The notes under the pieces: model-generated
Seen by the model: the letters and a program-made list of their open reading frames with translations, nothing else
The model's database searches: none
What the model was told of the DNA's origin: nothing
Translations under genes and position numbers: made by a program
Assembly (NCBI GenBank): GCA_963716255.1
Contig: OY970303.1
Coordinates: 7,392,001-7,456,000 of the forward strand
Reading direction: 5' to 3'
DNA length: 64,000 nucleotides
Source of the DNA: an uncultured Gemmatimonadales bacterium
GTDB taxonomy: Bacteria > Gemmatimonadota > Gemmatimonadetes > Longimicrobiales > Longimicrobiaceae
Shown: one piece after another, positions 55,143 through 64,000 of the stretch
How positions within the stretch are numbered: the stretch's first letter is position 1
Layout of the letters: each line of letters begins with the position of its first letter

Positions 55143-56494
55143 ATGGCGCACGTGCTGGTCGTCGACGACGAGGTGGGGATCCGCGAGTTCATCGCGGACG
55201 CGCTGGAGGACGACGGGCACGAGACCGTGCAGGCGGCGGACGGGCTGGCGGCGCTGCACCACCTGCACGCCCGCGCCTTCGACCTGCTGGTGACCGACCT
55301 GCGCATGCCGGGCGCGCTGGACGGCATGGACCTGGTGCGCAAGGCGCGCGCGGAGCTCCCGGAGATGGAGATCATCGTCCTCACCGCCTACGGCACGGTG
55401 GAGGCGGCGGTGGAGGCGATGAAGCTGGGCGCCTTCGACTTTCTCCAGAAGCCGGTGGGGAGCCCGGCGGAGCTGCGCCTGCTGGTGGGGCGCGCGCTGG
55501 AGCGGCGCCGCCTGCTGGCCTTCCGCGACGCGGCGGAGCGCGACGCGGGCGGGATCCCGCCGCTCACCTACGGCGACCCGGTGATGGCGCCGGTGGTGCG
55601 CGCGCTGGAAAAGGTGGCGCCCACCAACGCCACGGTGCTGCTGACCGGGGAGAGCGGCACCGGCAAGGAGGTGGCCGCGCGGACGGTGCACCGCCTGAGC
55701 CGGCGGGCGTCCGGCCCGTTCGTGGCCGTGAACTGCGCGGCCATCTCGGAAACGCTGATGGAGAGCGAGGTGTTCGGGCACGAGAAGGGGGCGTTCACCG
55801 GGGCGACGGCGGCGCGCCGGGGCCGCCTGGAGCTGGCGGACGGGGGGACGCTCTTCCTGGACGAGATCGGCGAATTGAAGCCGGAGCTGCAGGCCAAGCT
55901 GCTGCGGGTGATCCAGGACCGCCGCTTCGAGCGGGTGGGCGGCACGCGCACGCTGGAGGTGGACGTGCGCTGGGTGGCCGCCACCAACCGCGACCTGGAG
56001 GCGATGGTGCGCGCCGGGGAGTTCCGCGAGGACCTGTTCCACCGGCTCGCCGTGTTCCCCATCCGCCTCCCCCCGCTGCGCGAGCGCCGGCAGGACCTGC
56101 TCCCCGTGGCGGAGGCGCTGCTCGCCCGCGTGGGCGCCGACCTGGGGCGCCCGCCGCTGCGCCTGGACGCGGAGGCCGCCGCGGCGATCGCGGCCGCGCG
56201 CTGGCCGGGCAACGTGCGCGAGCTGGCCAACGCCCTGGAGCGCGCCGCCATCCTCGCCGAGGGCGACACGCTGCGCGCGCGCGACCTGGCGCTGCCGCCC
56301 ACGGGCGCGGGCCTCGGCACGGGCGCCGGGGCGGACCCGGGCGACGGCGGAAGGGGAACGATGGAGGAGCTGGAGCGCGACGCGATCCGGAGGACGCTGC
56401 GCGAGGTGGGGGGAACCGGCGGCTGGCGGCGGAGCGGCTGGGGATCGGGGTGCGGACGCTGTACGAGAAGCTGAAGCGCTACGGGATCGAGTGA
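55143..56494 (+). CDS. Sigma54-dependent response regulator (NtrC family: REC-AAA+-Fis HTH); apparent 1-nt frameshift at G6 run 56408-56413
   Basis: [35 protein letters not shown] and WPGNVREL; the [27 protein letters not shown] continues in another frame to TGA 56494. Confidence 0.9.
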
Positions 56495-56648
56495 CGCGCA
56501 AGAGGCGGGGCAGGTCCGGTTCGGATCTCGGGACGGCATCCGTCGGGTGAGACGTGCGCGTTGGCGGCTTGCCAGGATATTCCTTTCGTAGCCGGAACGG
56601 CGCGTCCATATTGCGGATGGCCGCACCGCGGCAGGTCAATCTCCGGCA

Positions 56649-58925
56649 ATGTCGAACGACGAGCGTATGGGCGAGACTCCAACCCGGATCGACGCAGAAA
56701 AGGTCGTCGCCGTCTCCAATCAGCAGATCGGCGGCGATGCCAACTTCTACCTCGCTGAAGGCGGGTCTCAGCGGATTCCGGTGCACAAGCCCCCGCGGAA
56801 CCTGCCCGAGCGGCAGAAGACCTTCGCGGGGCGCGAGGCGGAGCTGCTGGAGCTGCACCAGGAGCTGAGCGCCAACGCCGACGTAGGGATCACTCAGCAG
56901 ACCGCCGTGCATGGGCACGGCGGGGTGGGGAAGACCTCCGTCGCGACGGAGTACGGCTGGCGCCACCTGGCGGACTACCCGGGCGGCGTCTTCTTTCTTT
57001 CGTGCGAGGCGTCTCCCGGCGCGCCGCGGCTGGAGGAGCTGGCGCCGCACCTGGGGCTCCCCGCGCTGGGGACACCGGAAGAGACGGCGCAGCGGGTGCG
57101 TGCACAGCTGGAGACGGGCGAGGCGTCGCTTCTCATCCTGGACAACGTGAGCGGCCCCGAGGAGTGCCGCACGGACGACTGGAGGCGGGTGCTCCCCGTC
57201 GGGGCATGCCGGCGGTTGATGACTACGCGGGCGGAGAAGTTGCCAGACGTACAAATGTACCGGCTCCAGCGGCTCAGCCGCGAGGACGGAGTGAAGCTCC
57301 TCGCCCGATACCGCGCGGACGTGGCGCAGGAAGAAGCGCTCGCCGCCCGGATCGTGGAGTGGTTCGATGGGCTCGCGGTGGGGCTTACGGTCGTGGGTGT
57401 GTACATGCAGATGCACCTAAGCCTGTCATGGCAGCGGTACGTCGACAGCCTGGAGAAGAAGGGGCTCGGGGCCGTGCGGGGGACGGAGGCCGCCGTAGGT
57501 CGGTTGCTGCGCTACCGGCAGCGGGTGGACGCGGTGTTCGACGACGTGCTGGATTCGCTGCCGGCGGAGGAGAGGCGGGCCCTGGAGTACGCTGCGCTCC
57601 TGCCGGAGGACAACGTGTACGCTCCGTGGCTCGTCGAGCTGTTGGACGAGGAGGGTGTCGAGGCCCCGGAGCTGCCCGGTTACGAAGGGCGCAGCGGGGA
57701 GCGAGCCGTGGAAGCGCTCGTCGACCGGCAGCTTCTGCGGCCTCGCGGCGAAGGCGATGTCGTGCTCGGGCTGCACCGTGTACTTCGCGGGAGGGCGGGA
57801 GAACGGCTTCTCGCACAGGATCTCCGTGATGGTGCAATCGACCGCCTCGTAGCACTTGCGGAACGCCGCGGAAGCGGGTCGCACGCAGCGCTCACGGTAG
57901 TCGCGCTTCGCGGAGAACTGACGCCGCTCGCATCCCTCGCGCGGGAATTCGCCGTCCTCGGCCGGGTGGATGCCGGGGTGAGCCTGGCAAACTGGATCGC
58001 GGCTCCACTGCGCGAGATGGGGCGCTACAGGGAAGCGCGGGATTTGCTTGCAGACCTGGAAGGAGCCGGTGCGCTGGAAGTAGTGTCAGATGGCGAAACT
58101 GCAATTTTCCATTCCAATCTGGCTGGGATCCTCAAGGAGCTGGGGGAGCTGAAGGAGGCGCGGGGGCGGATGGAACGGGCCGTCCAGATCGGCGAGCGCA
58201 ACTTCCCGGAGGACCACCCCTCGCTGGCGACACGCTACTCCAATCTGGCTCTGATCCTCAAGGACCTGGGGGAGCTGAAGGAGGCGCGGGAGCGGATGGA
58301 ACGGGCAGTCCGGATCGGCGAGCGCAACTTCCCGGAGGACCACCCCTCGCTGGCGACGAGCTATTCCAATCTGGCTCTGATCCTCAAGGACCTGGGGGAG
58401 CTGAAGGAGGCGCGGGAGCGGATGGAGCGTGCAGTTCAGATCGGCGAGCGCAACTTCCCGGAGGACCACCCCTCGCTGGCGACGAGCTATTCCAATCTGG
58501 CATTGATCCTCAAGGACCTGGGGGAGCTGAAGGAGGCGCGGGAGCGGATGGAACGTGCCGTCCAGATCGACGAGCGCAACTTCCCGGAGGACCACCCCTC
58601 GCTGGCGACGATCTATTCCAATCTGGCATTGATCCTCCAGGAACTGGGGGAGCTGAAGGAGGCGCGGGAGCGGATGGAACGTGCAGTCCAGATCGACGAG
58701 CGCAACTTCCCGGAGGACCACCCGTCGCTGGCGACGAACTACAACAACCTCGCGCATATCGAGTGGGAGCTCGGCCGCACGGACGTAGCCTGCACACTCT
58801 TTCAGCGTTCGCGAGCCATACTCCTGAAGCACTTCAAACCCGACCACCGATACATCGCGTCGGTTTCTGCCTCGATCCAGAAAGTTTGCGGCAACGGCGG
58901 CACATCTCCGGACGTATCGCCCTGA
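56649..58925 (+). CDS. NLR-like NB-ARC (STAND) NTPase with TPR repeats and short N-terminal putative amyloid motif
   Basis: NLPERQKTFAGRE, HGHGGVGKT, LLILDNV, MTTR, GLAVGL and LHRVL; 42-aa TPRs; no folded N-terminal effector domain. Confidence 0.92.
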   Translation: MSNDERMGETPTRIDAEKVVAVSNQQIGGDANFYLAEGGSQRIPVHKPPRNLPERQKTFAGREAELLELHQELSANADVGITQQTAVHGHGGVGKTSVATEYGWRHLADYPGGVFFLSCEASPGAPRLEELAPHLGLPALGTPEETAQRVRAQLETGEASLLILDNVSGPEECRTDDWRRVLPVGACRRLMTTRAEKLPDVQMYRLQRLSREDGVKLLARYRADVAQEEALAARIVEWFDGLAVGLTVVGVYMQMHLSLSWQRYVDSLEKKGLGAVRGTEAAVGRLLRYRQRVDAVFDDVLDSLPAEERRALEYAALLPEDNVYAPWLVELLDEEGVEAPELPGYEGRSGERAVEALVDRQLLRPRGEGDVVLGLHRVLRGRAGERLLAQDLRDGAIDRLVALAERRGSGSHAALTVVALRGELTPLASLAREFAVLGRVDAGVSLANWIAAPLREMGRYREARDLLADLEGAGALEVVSDGETAIFHSNLAGILKELGELKEARGRMERAVQIGERNFPEDHPSLATRYSNLALILKDLGELKEARERMERAVRIGERNFPEDHPSLATSYSNLALILKDLGELKEARERMERAVQIGERNFPEDHPSLATSYSNLALILKDLGELKEARERMERAVQIDERNFPEDHPSLATIYSNLALILQELGELKEARERMERAVQIDERNFPEDHPSLATNYNNLAHIEWELGRTDVACTLFQRSRAILLKHFKPDHRYIASVSASIQKVCGNGGTSPDVSP
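58110..58739 (+). repeat. Five near-identical 126-bp tandem repeats encoding 42-aa TPRs
   Basis: YSNLALILKDLGELKEARERMERAVQIxERNFPEDHPSLATx repeated five times. Confidence 0.95.
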
Positions 58926-58971
58926 CGCCACGGATCGGGGTTGCACTCGAACTCAGAATGGAGGTGAAGTG

Positions 58972-59307
58972 ATGGACCCGATTGTACTCGCAACGATCAC
59001 CTCCGGGGTGACGGTCCTCGCCACGGAGGCCGGCAAGGGGCTGGCCGGCGAGGTGGGAAAGGACGCCTGGACCCGCATCAAGTCCGTCCTCGGCTTCAAG
59101 TCCGATCCGCCCGCCGGGGCACTGGCGCCGGCTATCGCCGAGCGGCTGGTGAACGACGACGCGGCCGCGCGCGAGGTGCTCAGGCTACTCCGCGAGAACG
59201 GGGGCGATTCGAGCGGCGCGGCGGCCATCGTCGGGCAGGTCAACGCCGACCGCGTGATCGTCATCGGGAAGCAGGAGATCGCGGGCGACTTCAACCTCAA
59301 CATGTAG
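58972..59307 (+). CDS. Bell/HeLo-like helical effector with C-terminal putative amyloid signalling motif
   Basis: GGAGGTGA RBS; MDPIVLATI...AGEVGKDAWTRIKSVL N-terminus; C-terminal VNADRVIVIGKQEIAGDFNL matches the N-terminus of the upstream NLR. Confidence 0.82.
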   Translation: MDPIVLATITSGVTVLATEAGKGLAGEVGKDAWTRIKSVLGFKSDPPAGALAPAIAERLVNDDAAAREVLRLLRENGGDSSGAAAIVGQVNADRVIVIGKQEIAGDFNLNM

Positions 59308-59332
59308 CGCGTCGTTCGCGGCACCGGACCGC

Positions 59333-61294
59333 CTATGCTGACGCGGTCGCCGCCCCGTCCTCCGCGCCGCGCGTCCCGCCATTGCCGTTGCCGCCATCGG
59401 AGGCGGGGAGCCACAGGGTGAACCGCGACCCCTCGCCCGGCGTGCTCTGCAAGGTCAGCTCGCCGCCCATGGAGCGCGCCAGGCGCAGGCTGATCGCCAG
59501 CCCCAGCCCCGTCCCCCCGTGGCGGCGCGTGTAGCCGCTCTCCACCTGGATGAACGGCTCGAAGATCCGCTCCCGCTCCTCCGGCCGGATCCCGATCCCC
59601 GTGTCCTCCACCGTCACGCACGTCCACCGCCCCGGCACGGAGCCCCCGTCCACCTCGCCCTCGCAGCGGGAGCAGGCGATGGACACCCGGCCCCCCGGCT
59701 GCGTGAACTTGACCGCGTTGGAAAGCAGGTTGACGAGCACCTGGTCCACCCGCTGCGGGTCGCCCTCGTACGTCAGCCCCGGGGCGCCGTCGCACGCCGC
59801 GCTCACCTCGATGCCGCGCTCCGCCGCCTGGGGGCGCAGCACCGTGAGCGCCGTTTCCACCGCGTCCGCCACCGATGCCGTGCGCCGCTCCACCTGCAGC
59901 ACGTCCGATTCGATGCGCGCGAAGTCCAGCACCTGGTCCACCAGGCCGATCAGGTGGCGGCCGCTGGCGCGGATCCGCCCCAGCTGCTGCCGCTGCCCGT
60001 CCGTCAGCGGCCCCGCGATCCCCAGCTCCAGCAGGTCCGTGTAGCCCACGATGGCGTTGATGGGCGTGCGGATCTCGTGCGACATGGTGGCCAGGAAGCC
60101 GCTCTTGGCGCGGTTCGCCGTTTCCGCCTCGTAGCGCGCCAGGTCCGCCTCGCCGATGGCCGCTTCCAGGTGCTCGTTGGCCTGCTCCAGCTCCCCCGCG
60201 AGCGACTGCGCCGCGTCGTACTGCTCCGTCAGCTCGCGGTGCGTGGTCCGCACCTGGTCCGCCATGCGGTTGAAGCTGTCGGCCAGGACGCCCAGCTCGT
60301 CCGTGCGGCGCAGCTCGATGCGGCGCCCGTAGTCGCCGCGGGCGATGGCTTCCGCGGCGCGCCGCAGGTCTCGGAGCGGTCGGGTGATGCCGCGGCTCAG
60401 CGCCCAGGCGCCCAGCGCCCCCGCCAGGCTGAGCGCCAGCGCCGCCAGCGCGCTGCGGCGCAGGAAGGTGTCGGGGCGCGCCAGCACCGTGCCCACCGGC
60501 TGCTCCGCGACCACGCTCCAGGGCGTGCGGGGGATCGCCGTCGCATGGGCGAAGTGCTCGCCTCCGCTCCCGCGCCGCCCGTACCGGGCCGCCCCCGCGA
60601 AGGGCCATGGGTCCGGGGCCGGCGTCAAGGTGCCGTCGAGCGCCACCCACCTGCCCCCGGCCGCGTTGGCGAAGAACAGGGTGATGCCGCGCCCGAGCAG
60701 CGCCTCCACCTGCCGCGCCGAGTTCGCACCGCCGATGGGCCGGAGCTCGGCCACGTACCCCGCGGCGGCGCCGCCCCGGCGAATGGGGACGGCGACCCAG
60801 AAGTAGGCGCGCGGACCGGCGGTGACGAACGGACCCACCCCGGCCGCGCCGGGGAGCACGTCCGGCGCCCGGGCGCTCGCGGGGACCGCGGAATCGCCCA
60901 CGGTGAGGAGCGGGGCGCGGTCCGGCGTCCAGATCTCGATGGTGCCCGCCGGCAACCCGGGGGTCCGGAGGCGCAGGAGGGCCATCTCCGCCGCGGGCCG
61001 GGTCGCCCCGGAGGGAGCGGCCAGGTAGGCCAGGACGGCGGGGTCGCGGCCGACGTCGGCCATGTTCGCCAGCCGCTGGGCGAGGGCGGGGCCCACCGTG
61101 GCGGCGGCGAGCTGCTCGGAGACCGCCTCCAGCCGCTCCAGCGCCGTCTCGACCGAGGCCTGCTTCACCTCCACGTACGCCGAGGCGGCCCCCGCGGCCA
61201 TGATCGCCACCAGCAGGGCGGTGATCAGGAGCGGCAGCTTGCGCTCCAGGGAAAGTCCGCCGCGGCGGGCGCCTGTAGAGGGGGGAGAGCTCAT
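59333..61294 (-). CDS. Membrane sensor histidine kinase with HAMP domain
   Basis: Two TMs; DELGVLADSFNRM (HAMP), MSHEIRTPINAI, NLLSNAVKFT, DTGIGI and GGTGLGL. Confidence 0.93.
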   Translation of the reverse strand: MSSPPSTGARRGGLSLERKLPLLITALLVAIMAAGAASAYVEVKQASVETALERLEAVSEQLAAATVGPALAQRLANMADVGRDPAVLAYLAAPSGATRPAAEMALLRLRTPGLPAGTIEIWTPDRAPLLTVGDSAVPASARAPDVLPGAAGVGPFVTAGPRAYFWVAVPIRRGGAAAGYVAELRPIGGANSARQVEALLGRGITLFFANAAGGRWVALDGTLTPAPDPWPFAGAARYGRRGSGGEHFAHATAIPRTPWSVVAEQPVGTVLARPDTFLRRSALAALALSLAGALGAWALSRGITRPLRDLRRAAEAIARGDYGRRIELRRTDELGVLADSFNRMADQVRTTHRELTEQYDAAQSLAGELEQANEHLEAAIGEADLARYEAETANRAKSGFLATMSHEIRTPINAIVGYTDLLELGIAGPLTDGQRQQLGRIRASGRHLIGLVDQVLDFARIESDVLQVERRTASVADAVETALTVLRPQAAERGIEVSAACDGAPGLTYEGDPQRVDQVLVNLLSNAVKFTQPGGRVSIACSRCEGEVDGGSVPGRWTCVTVEDTGIGIRPEERERIFEPFIQVESGYTRRHGGTGLGLAISLRLARSMGGELTLQSTPGEGSRFTLWLPASDGGNGNGGTRGAEDGAATASA

Positions 61295-61358
61295 GGCCGG
61301 AAGGTGACCTGGAATGGGGGAGCGCACAAGCCCCGGCGCCAACCATGCGCGCGCCGGC

Positions 61359-62423
61359 TCACTGCGTCTGCACGATCTCGTCGGTGATGCGGAACTCGCC
61401 GTCCAGCCAGCCGACGATCTCCCGGGCGCCCGGGTGGTCCACCCCCGTCCAGCGCTCCCGCAGCGCCGCCTCCCGCTCCCCCAGCCGGTCCAGCCCCACG
61501 TCCTGCAGGGTGCGCAGGTCCTCCTGCAGCCGCGCCCCCAGCTCCGGGCCCAGCACTTCCGCGGCCGCGCGCCGCAGCGCGTCGCCGTACGCGTACTCGT
61601 CCCCCAGGCGGTAGCTTTCCACCAGCGTCAGCGCGGGGATGCGGCTCAGCGTGGGCTGCAGGGCGGGGTTCACGGCGTGCCCCGACACGTGCTCCGCGAT
61701 CGCGGCGGGGCGCCCGGTGAAGCCGCGCAGGTGAAGGTACTGAGACATCCGCTGCCCGTCGTTGACCGGGTAGTTGTCCCACAGGAACGGCCGGCGCCCC
61801 AGCTGCTCCCCCACCCGGCGCAGGTGCCCGGGGGAAAGCTCCCGCGAGACCACCTCCTCCCCCGTCCACATCACCTCCACCGCCGGGTCCAGCGCGGCCC
61901 CCAGCCGCTCCAGGTACCCCGCGGGCCGCGCCCCGAAGACCCGGTCCAGCACCGGGTCGTCCGAGTAGTAGGTGGGGCACACCAGCACCCGGTCCGCCGC
62001 GCTCCGCCCGCGCGCCCAGTGCACCACCTCCACCTGCCGGTCCGCCAGGTCGGGCACGTCGCCGCGCATGTCGTCGAACAGGATCGCCAGGTCCTGCACC
62101 CCCAGCCCGTCCAGGAACTCCAGCTTGCGCTCCAGCGCCTCGCGCGCCCCCGCGTCGAAGCCCGCGAAGATCTCGTACGGGCTCACCCCCACCCCGAAGC
62201 GCACGCCCGACTCCCCGCAGCACGCCGCCAGCGCCGCGAGCCCTTTTTCCGCGGCGGGCGGGTGCGGCTCGCGCCAGAGCCGGCGCAGGTGCGGGTCGCC
62301 CTTGGGCGCGTACAGGTAGAAGCCGAAGCCGCGGGGGGCGAGGAAGCGGACGGCGTCCTCCCTCTCGCGCCAGCTCCAGGGCCTGCCGTAGAATCCTTCG
62401 ACGATGCCGAGCTCCACGTTCAT
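61359..62423 (-). CDS. GH84 beta-N-acetylglucosaminidase (O-GlcNAcase/hyaluronidase catalytic domain)
   Basis: GIVEGFYGRPWS, YLYAPKGDP, ILFDDM catalytic pair, CPTYY, WTGEEV and WDNYPVND. Confidence 0.92.
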   Translation of the reverse strand: MNVELGIVEGFYGRPWSWREREDAVRFLAPRGFGFYLYAPKGDPHLRRLWREPHPPAAEKGLAALAACCGESGVRFGVGVSPYEIFAGFDAGAREALERKLEFLDGLGVQDLAILFDDMRGDVPDLADRQVEVVHWARGRSAADRVLVCPTYYSDDPVLDRVFGARPAGYLERLGAALDPAVEVMWTGEEVVSRELSPGHLRRVGEQLGRRPFLWDNYPVNDGQRMSQYLHLRGFTGRPAAIAEHVSGHAVNPALQPTLSRIPALTLVESYRLGDEYAYGDALRRAAAEVLGPELGARLQEDLRTLQDVGLDRLGEREAALRERWTGVDHPGAREIVGWLDGEFRITDEIVQTQ

Positions 62424-62502
62424 CCGCAGCGGTCCGGTTCGGGGTGCGCGGTGACCCGGCATCCTCCGTGCCTGGTCTTCCGATGGGGACGGCTCTGACG
62501 GC

Positions 62503-62637
62503 GGGTTCGGGCGTGCCCCCGGCTGGCGCCGGGGTCGGGCTTCGGCTCCGTAAGCCCGCAAACAACGCGGGCTAACGGAGTCGAGCCCGCGCAAACAGCC
62601 GCGCGGTCTCGCCCCTTCGGGCCGAAATCCCTCACGC
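62503..62637 (+). repeat. Repeat family A, last copy (followed by B1-like hairpin to ~62690)
   Basis: Consensus match. Confidence 0.93.
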
Positions 62638-62723
62638 AACGGCGGCCCCCTCCCCCCGGCCCCCTCGCGGGGAGGGGCCGGGGGAGGGGGTCCCGTCGTC
62701 GTGCTCACACCAGCCCGGGTCCA

Positions 62724-63371
62724 ATGCCCCACGCCGAACCGACCCCCTGTCCGCTCTGCGGCTCGCAGCGAATCCGCCCGCTCGCGGAGGCGCACGGCCG
62801 CCGCTACCTGGACTGCGGCGAATGCCGGCTGGTGCACCTGGCGCCCGCGGACCGGCTGGACGCCGCGGCGGAGCGGGCGCACTACGGCACGCACCGCAAC
62901 GACCCCGCGGACCCCGGCTACCGCGCCTTCCTGGACCGGCTGGCGGCGCCGCTCGCGGAGCGCCTTGCCCCCGGCGCCGCGGGGCTGGACTACGGCTCGG
63001 GGCCAGGGCCCGCGCTGGTGGCGATGCTGCGGGAGCGCGGCTTCCGCGTGGACGGCTGGGACCCGTTCTTCGCGCCGGACCCGGAGCCGCTGGGGCGCAG
63101 CTACGACTTCGTCACCTGCACCGAGACCGCCGAGCACTTCTTTCGCCCGGGCGACGAGTTCCGCCGGCTGGACGGGCTGCTGCGCCCCGGCGGGTGGCTG
63201 GGGGTGATGACCGAGTGGCTGCCGGAGGACCGGCCCCTGGGGGAGTGGCGCTACGCTCGCGACCCCACCCACGCCTGCTTCTACCGGCCGGCGACGATGG
63301 AATGGATCGCCGCGCGCCACGGGTGGCGCCTGGAGATCCCGCGCCGCGGCGTGGCGCTCTTCGCGAAGTGA
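62724..63371 (+). CDS. Class I SAM-dependent methyltransferase with N-terminal zinc ribbon
   Basis: CPLC..CGEC, GLDYGSGPGP, YDFVTCTETAEH and WRYARDPTH. Confidence 0.9.
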   Translation: MPHAEPTPCPLCGSQRIRPLAEAHGRRYLDCGECRLVHLAPADRLDAAAERAHYGTHRNDPADPGYRAFLDRLAAPLAERLAPGAAGLDYGSGPGPALVAMLRERGFRVDGWDPFFAPDPEPLGRSYDFVTCTETAEHFFRPGDEFRRLDGLLRPGGWLGVMTEWLPEDRPLGEWRYARDPTHACFYRPATMEWIAARHGWRLEIPRRGVALFAK

Positions 63372-63392
63372 GCCGCGGCCGGGCACGCACGA

Positions 63393-63440
63393 CGGGCCGC
63401 CCGCCGGCCGACCCCTGGAGGTCGGCCGGCGGGCGGCCCG
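63393..63440. terminator. Perfect 21-bp-stem hairpin between convergent genes
   Basis: CGGGCCGCCCGCCGGCCGACC-CCTGGA-GGTCGGCCGGCGGGCGGCCCG. Confidence 0.75.
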
Positions 63441-63482
63441 CGATGCTGCCGGTGCCCGGCCCGAGGGCCGGGCAGGCGGTGC

Positions 63483-63698
63483 TTAGCCGTCCAGGGCGAC
63501 GACGTTCTCCGCCCGCGGACCCTTGGGGTCCTGGACGAGGTCGAACTCCACACGCGCCCCCTGGGCAAGCGACTTGTAGCCGCTCCCCTGGATGGCCGAG
63601 TGATGGACGAAGACGTCCTTGCCGCCTGCGTCGGGCTTGATGAAGCCGAAGCCCTTCTCGTCCATGAACCGCTCTACGGTGCCCGTCTCGCGTGCCAT
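63483..63698 (-). CDS. Cold-shock protein (CspA family)
   Basis: [24 protein letters not shown] and [13 protein letters not shown] 9 nt before ATG 63698. Confidence 0.95.
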   Translation of the reverse strand: MARETGTVERFMDEKGFGFIKPDAGGKDVFVHHSAIQGSGYKSLAQGARVEFDLVQDPKGPRAENVVALDG

Positions 63699-64000
63699 CT
63701 GCTCCATCCTCCGTCCGGTGTTGGAATAACCTGCTCCGACTTCCCGAGCCCCAACTGCAAGGGTCGTGCTTCGGCGGCGCGGCAGGCTTCTCGCCGCGCC
63801 GATTGCAGTGACGCGAAGTGCGTGCCGCGCGTTCCGGGCAGCCCCCGCCGGACTACATTTCGCCGCGCGATCTCCCTCCCGAACCCCGTCCCGTCCGCAT
63901 GCGATCCATCCGGTTCCCGCTCGCCGCGCTGCTCCTAACGTCCCCGCGCTCGCGCACGCCCAAGAGGCGCGCACGCTGAGCACGCGCCTCACCCCGCCCG

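Noticed and set aside
58110..58739. TPR repeats as a diversity-generating retroelement TR/VR pair
   Set aside because: No reverse transcriptase in the window, the repeats are in-frame tandem units, and differences are not adenine-specific.
956..62637. Repeat family A as a CRISPR array or as attC sites
   Set aside because: Copies are dispersed singly, ~140 bp long, without spacers or cas genes, and lack RYYYAAC/GTTRRRY ends.
63756..63771. Sigma54-like AGCACGACCCTTGCA upstream of the cold-shock gene
   Set aside because: The invariant -24 GG is AG; not supportable.
1..64000. tRNA, rRNA, transposase or prophage genes
   Set aside because: None recognised by eye; a tRNAscan/Infernal/ISEScan run would be needed to exclude them formally.

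Overview
A 64-kb, very GC-rich bacterial window. Gene content (plug-only TonB lipoprotein, BamA/PD40 fusion, small GSG-repeat lipoprotein, FecI/FecR/TonB set) suggests Gemmatimonadota, Longimicrobium-like; this is inference only. The housekeeping backbone carries a sugar ABC + xylA/xylB cluster, peptidases (M23, M1, HExxH lipoprotein), an ECF sigma/FecR/TonB-receptor module, several histidine kinases, a sigma54 two-component system, GH84, a methyltransferase and a cold-shock protein. No rRNA, tRNA, CRISPR array, transposase or integrase was recognised. The most notable items are: (1) an NB-ARC/TPR NLR-like receptor (56649-58925) whose N-terminal 20-aa motif recurs, ungapped, at the C-terminus of the next gene, a Bell/HeLo-like small protein (58972-59307), giving a candidate amyloid-signalling cell-death/defence pair; (2) an integrase-less integron cassette array (36661-41840) with attC sites and three low-GC cassettes, one a SIR2-NACHT protein with an unusual appended C-terminal domain; (3) a six-gene vWA / non-RD kinase / three atypical FHA domains / PPP-type phosphoesterase / Zn-ribbon membrane protein operon (10786-16688); (4) a ~140-bp intergenic repeat in 12 full copies plus 1 deleted copy, with compensatory stem changes and GNA mini-loops suggesting a folded ssDNA element; (5) readable regulatory logic: three copies of a putative ECF promoter, and a sigma54 promoter with tandem palindromic enhancer sites. 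Start codons were re-chosen by eye from RBS and overlap evidence; no database searches were run.
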